Shown here: piece after piece, positions 43,001 to 52,411 of the stretch | Layout of the letters: every line of letters starts with the position of its first letter | Numbering within the stretch: the stretch's first letter is position 1 | Origin: Scenedesmus sp. PABB004 | Taxonomy: Eukaryota | Assembly: GCA_014905635.1 (NCBI GenBank) | Contig: CM026548.1 | Span: forward strand, 682,001-746,000 | Reading direction: 5' to 3' | DNA length: 64,000 nucleotides | The notes under the pieces: model-generated | The model's input: the letters and a program-made list of their open reading frames with translations, nothing else | Database searches by the model: none | Told to the model about the DNA's origin: nothing | Program-made: the position numbers and the translations under genes

Positions 43001-43354
43001 GCGCACCACGCGCCTGGCCGGCGGCGCCACAAGGCCGCGCGCCGCGCGGAGAGCGAGGGGAGCGAGGTCGAGAGCAGCGCGCCGCCGGCGGTCAGCGAGG
43101 GCCTGATGACAGCGTGCAGCGGCGCGGCGCCGGCGGGCAGCCCGGGGACGGACGGCGAGGAGGGCGCGTGCCTCGCTGCGGCACAGCAGCAGGAGCAGCA
43201 GCAGGCGGGCGCCGCGGCGGCGGCGCCGCCGCCGGGGCTGGAGTCCCAGCTCGCGGCGCAGCAGCTGGATTCGGAGCCGGCGCCGGAGCAGCAGCTTCAG
43301 CCCCAGGCGACGCCCGCCAGCGACGACGAGGACGCGCAGGTGGTGCCGGCGTGA
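40067..43354 (+). CDS. CPH1: Plant-type cryptochrome (pCRY/CPH1-like)
   Basis: FRKDLRLDDNPAL, FIWAPEEEGQFQPGRCSRWW, FFNHLYDPISLVRDH, TSRLSPWIH, TGWPIVDAAMKEL, LLDADLESDALGWQY. Has a C-terminal extension. Confidence 0.9.
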
Positions 43355-43616
43355 GCGCGCGTGCCGGCGCTGCCGCGGCGGGCCCGCAGTGCGGGGCCTC
43401 GGAGCGCCTGGCTTCACGTGAACGGTGGTGACGCACATCTGCCTTACTCGATCACGCGCGCAGCAGCACTAGCAGCAGGCTATCAGGGCCCGCGCGAGTC
43501 ACAGCAGTCGCAGCAGCCGCTGGAGCGCGCCGTGCCGGCGCGCCTGCCCCCCTCTCCTCGCTCTCCCCGCTCCCGCGACAGAGCTGCACCCACCCATCAG
43601 CGCGCGCCAGGCCGGC

Positions 43617-46107
43617 TCAGTCCTCTGGCACCTCGGCAAAGACGCCGCCGCGGCGGCCGCCGACGCCGCCCGGGCGCGCCTGCAGCGCGCCGCCGTGCGC
43701 GTACAGGCCCGCGCGGTGGTCCATCGCCGACAGCCCGTGCGCGCGCGCCTCCAAGAACGCGCGCAGGTCCTGCACGCGGCGCGGCGACACGCGGCGCAGC
43801 GGCGGCGGCGCTCGGCGCCGCGCCGCGCTGCCGGCGCGGCGGCGTGGGCGCGCGCGCGTCTGCGCCCCCATGGGCCCCGCACCTGCATGCGCGCGAGGTG
43901 CACGGCCTTATCATACATGTATTGCTCACGCGCCGCGGCGCCGCGCGCGTACACCACCTGCGCCCGGCGGCGGCGGCGGCGGCGGCGGCGAGGTTTTGCT
44001 TTCAGGGCTGGCTCTCAAGGGCGCACGTGGCGCGGCGGCGGCGGCGCAGCGCGAGCCGGGCGCAGGCGCGCCACCCCCGCGGCGCGGCGCCGCGCCCCCG
44101 GCGGCGCGCGCCTGCGAGCCGAGCGTGAGCGCCGTCTCGACGGCGTCGCACAGCGCGCCGGGCGCGAGCACGCCGCTGAGCGGCGCGAGGCGCCCGAGCG
44201 CCTGCTCGCTGTAGGAGAGCAGGCGCTGCGGCGGCACGAGCACGCCGCTGCCCGGGGTCACGAGCTCGTTCATGGGCGGGTGGTCCGTCGCAACCACCAC
44301 CGCGCCCACCGCACGCGCCTCGTTGAGCTGCACACGGCGCGGGCGCGGCGGCGGCGGCGGCGGCGGCGGCGGCGTTGGCGTCGGCGCGCGCGCGACGCGG
44401 GCGCCGCGGGCCGCGCGGCCGGGGGGAGGGGTGCGGCGTGCGCCCCAGCCGCGCACATAGTGTGGGAATCCGGCGCTCTCGCTGGTGCAGAGGTGCACAG
44501 CGCTCTCGACCTGGAGCCGGCGCAGGTGCTCGGGCGTGATGCGCTGCTGCTGCGCCGCCGGCCCGCCCTCGACGACCTGGGCGCGGCGGCGGCGGCGGCG
44601 GGGGTGAGGGAGCGCTCGCTGGCTGGCTCTGCCCGTGTCCGCATGTGGCGCCGCCGCCGCAGCGCGCCGCGCCGGCGGCCGCGCACCGGCGGCTGGAACA
44701 CGACGTTGGGCGCGTTGAGCGCCTCCCGCACGTCCGCCGCCTCAAACGTGCCGACGACCGTGAGCTGCGGCCACTCCGGCCGCGCGACCCAGCACTCTAG
44801 CACCGCCGCGGTGTGCTTGAGCTGCGAGCCGCCCTTCACGTGAAGGACCGACGGCGCCTGCGACGCGGCGCGCGCGAGTGTGAGCGCGAGCGCGACGGGT
44901 CGGCGGCCGGCCGCGGGGGCGCGCGCCGCCGCGGGGCGCCGCGCCGCGCCCGCACCGTGTGCGCGGCGGCGCCGGGCGGCACGTCCACGCTGGGGTCGCT
45001 CGACGTGTGCCCCACGAGCCAGACGTGCCCCCGGTAGCCGCGCTTGAGCGCGTGCCGCCGCATCAGGTCGACGCAGGCGGGCGTGCGGCAGAGGAACGCG
45101 GCCATGCGCCGGTGCAGCGCCGCGTCGGCGGCGTAGAGGCTGGGCGGGTCGACCAGCAGCAGGTGCAGCACCGCGGGGTGGTCGCTGAAGAACGACTCAT
45201 AAAGGAACGGCCCCGCGAACAGCCGCGCCGTGCGGGGGCCGCACGGGTCGGACATCGGGCCGCCGCCGCCGGGCGGCGCCGGCACGATGCGGCCGCCGGC
45301 GTGCAGGACGTACAGCGCGGCGTCGGTGCACGGCCCCGGCGCGCGGTGGCTGGCGGGGAGCATGACGTCCAGCGGCGGGCACTGCCTGCGCGCGGCGGCG
45401 GCGGCGGCCGGCGAGGCGGCGGCCGGTCGCCCGCCCGCCGGGGCGGCGGCGCGCCGCGCGGGGGCGTGTGGCGGCGGGCGGCTGCAGCCAGCGGCCGCCG
45501 CATGCAGCTGCACCCTCACGTGGCATTGACGGCGTCCTGCACCACCACCTCGCCCCGGCGATCAAGCCAGATCGCAGTCGCCTCCTCCTTGGTGCACTGC
45601 TCCACGACCAGCCGCAGCAGCCGCTCGTCCGACACGTGGACGCGGATGTTGAGCGGTGGCACGTCCAGATTCGCCCCGATTGGGCTGTCGAGGCTGCGGG
45701 GGCGCGGCGCGGCGGCGTGGGCCGCGGGCACGGCGGCTGCGGCGGCTGCGACGGGCGCCGCCACCGCGCGCTCCCCTCGGCCGGCCGCATGCTCACACGT
45801 GCACGGCTTGGAGGTAGCGGTTGGCCGAGAGCAACGCGGCGGCGCTGCAGCCGGCGAGCGCGAGCATCCAGGGCAGCAGCCGGCTCGCGGCGCGCTGCCG
45901 CGCCGCGCGCGCGCCGGCGCTCACGCGGCCCTTGGCCCTGCCGGGCGACGCCGGCGGCGAGCGCGCCGGCGACGCCGGCCTGCGCGCGGCGCGCGCGGCG
46001 GCCGGGCTGCGGTCGGGCGGCGGTCGGGCGTGCCGCAGCCGCAACCGCTGCCGGAGCTCGTGCCGTCGCCGCTGGCGCCCTGGCCCGCACCTTTGGCCGG
46101 CCATCAT
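43617..46107 (-). CDS. GT-B (GT4-like) glycosyltransferase, type II membrane protein
   Basis: N-terminal TM, then VGHTSSDP, LHVKGGSQLKHT..VLECW..RPEWPQLTVVG, HLCTSESAGFPHY/LNEARAVGA..TDHPPMNELV. Confidence 0.75.
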
Positions 46108-46488
46108 GAAGCTGCCGCGTTGCACGCGCTGCTCAAGGGCCCTGCCTCCACGGGCGCATCGCAGGCGGCGCGCAGCGGCGCTCCGCCGGCGCTGCTGCCG
46201 CGGCGCTGCGCAGCCGCGGGCCTGCTGCTGCCTGCGCAGATCGCTAGTGCGCAGCAACTGGCGACGCGATGATCGATCGCGGTGGCGCACTGCTTGTCTC
46301 GGTCGCCGGCGGGCGGCAGCAGCGCGGCAGCAGCGGTTGCGGCTGGTTGGCCCGGCGGCGGCGGCTGGACGCGCTCGTGTGGGCTGTCACGCCGGCGCAA
46401 TTTCTTGCGCGCCAACACCGCCGGCGCACCACCAAGCTGCGGTCAAGCGCTCGTCGCACGGCCCCAGAACTGAACCTCGCCCGCCGCC

Positions 46489-49400
46489 TCAGCGCCACAC
46501 GAGCGGCGGCGCCGTGCCGGCCGCCTCGGGCGCGGCCGCCGCGGACAGCCGCACGCCGCCGCCCGCGGCCGCCGACAGCGCCTCCCGCATCGCCAGCTCC
46601 TGCGACAGCGCGCCCAGCACTGCGGCGTCGAGGCCGAGCGCGCCCGCGTGCGCCTGCGCGGGCGCGCGTGGTCAGCAGCCGGCGGTCGGTCAGCGGCGGC
46701 GGAGGGGCGCGTGCCGCGCCGCACGCGCGCAGCACAGCACACAGCGCAGGGCGCGCCTGCATGATCCACAGGTCCCCCCAGATCGGCGGGTACTTGCCGC
46801 CGGGCGCGCGCTGCAGCATCTGACCCAGGAGCGCGCGCGCCTTGGTGACGGCCCACACCGCGGGGTCCTCGATGCCCGCGCCGGGCCGCAGCCACGGCGG
46901 GCGCGGCGCGGGCGCGCCCGGGGCGCGCGCGCGAGTGAGAGCGACAGCTTGGGGCCCTGCCGGCGCGCGCGCAGAGCGAGCACGCCGCCGCCGGGCGCGA
47001 CGTCGGGCGTGGCGTCCAGGTAGTGCAGCGACTGGCCCCAGTGCCTGTGCGCCGCGCCGCCGTCGGGGCCCTCCTCAAGCTCGAGCCCATCCTCCGCCCC
47101 ATCAGCGACCCGCGTGTCAACGGCCGCCGCCTCAGCGGCCGGCGCGGGCGTCGAGCTGGCGCCGCGCGCGGCGGTGGGGTGCAGGATGATGGCGGTGCAG
47201 CCCGCGGGCTCCTCGCCGTCGCCTGCTGCGGTCGCGCGGCCCGGCGCCGAGCCGGCGGCGGCCGTCGCCGCCGTGCCCCCCGCGCAGCCCGCGCCGGCCG
47301 CGCCCGCGCTCGGCTCCGCCGCGCGCCCGCCCGTGGTGAAGCCCGGCGGCGCTGCGCACGACGGCAGCGGCGGCGGGAGCGGCGCCGCTCCGCGGCGCCG
47401 GCGCCGCGCGGCCATCGGTCCGCGCCCGCCCCCGCGCCCGCTCGTGGCGCGCGCACCGCCTGCGTCGCCGCGGCACGGCGCGCGCGGCGGGCGTCGCGCG
47501 CACCCGAGGTGAGGCTGACGCCGGGGGCGAGGTGGAGGTCGAACCACAGCGCGACCGCGTTGAGCCGGCCGGCCGCCGTGACCTCCAGCTGCACCTCTGC
47601 CTCGGTCGGGTAGGGGCTGCCCGGTGGGCTGGCAAAGTCGAAGTCAAACACCTTGGCCGGCCGCGTGAGCGCCGTGTGCGGCAGGTGCGCCAGCAGCACC
47701 GGCTCCGCCTCGCCCGACCACCTGCCGCGGCGGCGGGCGACGGCGGCGGGAGCGCGTGGTGGGCGGGGCGGGCCCGCGCGCGCGCTGCGCCGGCGCCGCA
47801 CCGCGCGCACCGAAACTGCTCGAGCGCCGACAGGTCGACCCCGGCGCCGCCGAGCAGGTCGCCGGCGCCGGGCGGCAGGCGCGTCGCGACCTCGATGCCC
47901 TGCGCATACAGGCTAGCCGACGCCGGCACGAGCTGCCCGCCGTCCGACAGCAGGCGGGCCTTGATGGCCTCCAGCACGGCCAGCACCGAGTGTCCCACCA
48001 GGCCTGCGCGCGGGCCCGGGGCGCGCCGGCACGTGTGCACACATCGGCGGGCGGGGCGCCCGCGCGACCGCCGCCGCCGCCCCACGCGCGTCAGAGGCAT
48101 CACGCCCACCCACCCGCGTCGAAGACATCAAACACCACGACGTCCGCGCCAGCGTGCGGCAGGTCCCGCCCGCGCTCCAGCGCCGCCGCGTCGGCGTGGA
48201 CCACGCTCACGTCGGCCGCTGCGCCGTGCGACGCGGCGTTGCGCAGCGCCGCCGCGGCGAGCGGCGCGACGAGCTCCGCCGCGACCACGCGCGCGCGCAG
48301 CGGCGCGCCGCCCGGCGCGTCGCCGGCCGCCGCGGCCGCCGCGACGGCGAGCAGCGACAGCGCGCCGCTGCCGCAGCCGACGTCCAGCACGGTCACCTCC
48401 ACCGCCTCGCGGTGGCCGCGCCCCGCGCCGCCCTCGCCGCCGTCCCCGCCCCCGCCCGCGGCCCGCCCCTCGGCCGCCGGGCCATGCGGCGCGTGCTGTG
48501 CGAGCTTTGCGGCCGCGGCGCGCGCCATGGCCGCCTCGAGCCCCGCCGCGTACGCCGCCAGGCGGGCGCCGTCAGCGGCCATGCCAAACTGGGCGTGCGG
48601 GAAGGAGGGCTCCGCGGCAAAGAGCATGCTGTAGTCGGCCTCGCGCAGCCCAAAGGCCAGCCTGGCAGCATGCGGGCAGGGTGCGTGGTCGTGGATGGTC
48701 GGTGCGGGGTGTAGGCCTGCGCGGCGGCGCCAAACCCTGGACCGCGCACCGGACGGTGTTGTGGCTTGCGAGCAGCGGGTGCACCTCGCCCGCGGCCACC
48801 GGGACAGAGCCCTCAAACCAGCACAGCGCGGGCTGGTGCGAGGGCGGCGGCGCGCCGGGCGGCTGCGGCGGCGCCTGCCAGGGCCCTGCGGCCGCGCGGG
48901 CGCGGCGGCCGCGGGCCTCAGCGCGCGCGGCGTGAGCTCACGGCGCGCGCGCCGCTCGGCGCCGCACCCGCGGTGGTGTAGTTGATGTCGCCGTGCAGCT
49001 TGACCTCGGCCCACGCCGCGACGCCGCACCACTCGCCGCTCGTGGTCAGCTCCACGTCCAGGCTCGCGGCCGCGCTGCGGTCCGCCGCGGCCGCGCGCAT
49101 CGGCAGGTGCCACACGCGGAACGGCGCTGAGAGCGCGCGCAGCGCGGCCGGGTCGAGCGGCGCGGGCAGCGCCTGGCTCGGCGTCCACCTGGGTTGGCAG
49201 GCGGCGGGCGGCGGCGGTGGCCTGCGCGGCGCCGCGCTGGCCGCCGCCAGGCGGGGCGGGCGCAGCCGCCGCCATCGCCGGCGCGCGCGCGTGCGGCCGT
49301 GCCGCCGCGCCTGTGGCGGTCAATGGCCGTGAGGTCCAGCCGCACGCGCCGCGCGCCGACGGCCACGCGCGGCCGCGACGGCGCGGCCGCGACCGCCTGC

Positions 49401-51143
49401 GCGAGCACCGTGAGGGACGCCGGCACGAGCACCGGCTCGCCGTCGCGGCACAGCAGTGCGTCCAGCGCGTGCCCGACCGCGGGCAGCAGGCCGCCGCTCA
49501 GGATCGCGTCGTCAATGAGGTCAGCCACCAAGCAGTTGGCGGCGCGCGGCAGGTCGCACCCCAGCGCGAGCGTCGCGGGGTGCGTCGTCACGACGTTGAA
49601 CGCGCAGCCCGGCACGCCGCTCGCCGACAGCACCGCGCCGCACGCGGCCGCGAGGTGGGGGTTGCTGCGGCAGGCAGGGCGGCGGCAGCGAGCGCCGGGC
49701 GGGCGGGCGAACGGCGGCCGCTGAGGCGCGGCGGGGGCACACGCCGCGGCGCGAGCCCGCTGCCGGCAAGCGGCGGCGCGCGCTCGCCTCTCGACGCAGG
49801 TCACGTGCGCCGCGCCCGCGCGCACGGCCGCGAGCGCCAGCAGGCCAGCCTTGGCCCCCAGCAGGAGCACCCTGCGCACGGCGGCGCGGCTCGGCCCCGC
49901 TGCCCGGGCTGCACGCGGCGCGCGGGCCAGCCCCGCCGTCCGGCGCACCTGCAGGGACGGTCCGACGCGCGCACCTCGCGCACCGCCGCCGCCGTGGCCG
50001 CCGCCCACGCCGCCAGGCGCGGGCCGTCCGGCAGCTCGCGGTGCAGGTAGCGCTTGGGGCCGAGCACGTGGCACTGCGGGGCGAGGCGTCGCCGGCACGC
50101 CCGGCTGGCATCAGCCAGGCCCTGGCCTGGGCTGAGGGCTGAGCGCGCCGCGCGGCCTGGCACGTGCGCGGCCTGCGCGCGCCGCGCCTGGGTCTGCACA
50201 ACCTCGAACACCTCGCAGAGGGCCGGGTCCGCCGCCGCCACGGCCGGCGTGAGCAGCACGCGCGGCAGCTGGCCCGGCGCCGCGCCGGGCACCACGGGCG
50301 CCGCCGCCGCGTCGCCGCCGCCCTGCGCGGCGCGCAGCGCGCCTGCGGCCGGCGGCGCCCAGCCGACCGCGAAGCGCTGCCCCGGCGCCAGCAGCGCGGC
50401 GGCGGGCGCGACGCCCGGCGCGGCTGCGCCGCCGCCGCCCGTGAGCGCGGCGCGCGGCACGTTGTGGGGCGCCGCGGCGATGCGCGCGGCGACGGGCGGC
50501 GCCGGCAGCGCGCGGCGGTCGAGGCCCCGGCCGGCCAGCAGGTCGGCCGTGACGCCGCGCTGCGCCGCCTGCAGGCCGGCCGCGAGCGCCGCGCAGGCCG
50601 GGTCGGCCGCCAGCCCCGCCTCGAACGCGGCCGCGGCACCCTTGTGCTGCCCCAGACCCGCCAGCGCGCCGCCGAGGCGCAGGCAGGCCTTGGGCCAGTG
50701 CGCGTGGCGCGCGGGGCCGCCGAGGCCGGCACGCGCCGCCGCGTCGGCGACCAGCTCCACGCACCGCCGCGCGTCCCCCAGCGCCTCGGCGCAGCGCCCG
50801 AGCGCCAGCAGCGCGGCGGCGCGGTTGGAGTGCGCGACGTGGAGCTCGGGGTGCGACAGGTGCGCCGCGCGCGCGCGCTCAAACAGCTCGTCCAGCAGGC
50901 CCAGCGCGCGGGCGTGGTCGCCCTCGCGCGCCGCGGCGACCGCGGCCTGCGCGCCGGCAGCTCGCTCGCGGCGGGGCAGTGCGCGCCGCGCGCGCTGGCA
51001 CCGGCCGGCCGCGCCGCAACGAGCCGTATGCAGCTTCCGGCCGAGCCTGCGCTGCATGGGCTCCCTGTTGCCCCTCCCAACCAGGCGCCCCGCACCTTGT
51101 TCAGCGCGGCCAGCGACGCCGGCAGCGCCGCCGCGGGCGCCAT
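46489..51143 (-). CDS. TPR-repeat protein with two tandem PRMT7/PRMT9-like methyltransferase domains
   Basis: TPR motifs (HSNRAAALLALG, WPKACLRLG..AFEAGLAADP). Domain 1 has VLLLGAKAG; domain 2 has VLDVGCGSG, AVALWFDLHL and RHWGQ. One frameshift at about 46920. Confidence 0.75.
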
Positions 51144-51300
51144 GCCGCTGCCGGGCGGCGCGCGCGCTCGGGAGCAGCCTGGTTGGCTCGTTCTGGAGTC
51201 GGTGAGTGGCTGCGCCAAGCTTTCGCCGCTCCGCCGCCCCCGTGTTGCGGCGCGGTAAACCCGCCTCTCTGCGCCGCCGCGGCGAGCGTTTGCGCGCCGC

Positions 51301-51628
51301 GGCTGCCTCGCCCCGACGGCCGCCAGCAGACCCCGCCCGCACGCCGGCCCCACACCCCCTCGCCGCCAGCAGCGCGCCAGCCGCGGAGCAGCGCCGGCGC
51401 GCCCGCTCCCCCCTCTCCGCCGCCGCACACCGCTCGACGCGTTCGCGCAGCGCCTGCGATCGCTGCCGGCTCCGGTAGCCCGCACGGCCCGCTCCGGGAG
51501 ACACGCAGCCCCCTGCGCGGCCGGCGGCGCTCGCTGCTGGCGCGCCGCCGAACGCGCCCGCGCGGCCCAGGCGGGCGCCTGCAGCCCGGGAGCGCTCGCG
51601 GGCGCCTGGAGGGGTGCAGAAGGCAGCC
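51301..51628. repeat. Dispersed intergenic repeat, copy 2
   Basis: Same orientation as, and co-linear with, 39541-39873. Confidence 0.75.
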
Positions 51629-51808
51629 GCTGGCGCCGCCTGATCGCGGCCAGACCCAGCGGCGCGGCGCCGGCAGCAGCAGCCGCGAGCGGCGGCAACC
51701 GCCGCGGGCCGGCAGCGGCGGCGGTCGCCGCGCGCCACCCCGCGCCGGCGGCGGCGGCGGCGGGCGCGGCCTTCCTTCCGGCGCCGACCCGCGCGGGTCC
51801 GGCCCGGC

Positions 51809-52090
51809 ATGGCGTTCCGCGTGGAGGTCAAGCGCTGGCACGCGGTCGGCGTGTGGACGTGGGACGCGGGCGACGACCTGTGCGGCATCTGCCGCAGCGC
51901 CTTTGACGGCTGCCCGCCCGAGAGCAAGTTCCCCGGCGACGACAGCCCCGTGGTGTGGGGCACGTGCGGTCACGCGTTCCACCTCCCCTGCATCCAAAAG
52001 TGGCTCGGCGCGCAGACGGAGCAGCGCTGCCCGATGTGCCGGCGGCCCTGGGAGTTCAAGGTCGCGTCGGCCGAGGCGCCGACGCGGTGA
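51809..52090 (+). CDS. APC11: Anaphase-promoting complex subunit 11 (RING-H2)
   Basis: Intronless: WHAVGVWTWD..CGICRSAFDGC..PGDD.PVVWGTCGHAFHLPCIQKWL..CPMCRRPWEFK. Confidence 0.95.
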   Translation: MAFRVEVKRWHAVGVWTWDAGDDLCGICRSAFDGCPPESKFPGDDSPVVWGTCGHAFHLPCIQKWLGAQTEQRCPMCRRPWEFKVASAEAPTR

Positions 52091-52411
52091 CGCGCGGCGC
52101 GGCGGCGGCGGCGGCGGCGGGGCGCGTGTGCCTGCGGCGGCGCTTTGCGGCGCTCTGCGGCGGCACGGCCAGCGCGGGTTTTGGCGTCGACGGCCGTGCG
52201 CCATCTCGCCGTTGCGGGCACCGCACGACTGCATCTGATCCCCTGGCAACGACGCTGGACCCTCCTCCGGTGCGCGAGCGGCAGCAGCGGCGCGTTGCGG
52301 CGCCGGCGGCGGCCCGACACTCAAGCAGCAGTCCCCGCCGTCCAGGCCAGCGCATGCCTCGCGCTTCGCGTCTCACGCGCGCAGCTGCGGGCGGCCCCTG
52401 GTGGGCGGCAG

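Noticed and set aside
51905..51950. APC11 lacking two of the extra Cys residues (CPPESK..DDSP)
   Set aside because: The core RING-H2 ligands are intact, and I recall similar substitutions in other green algal APC11 proteins.
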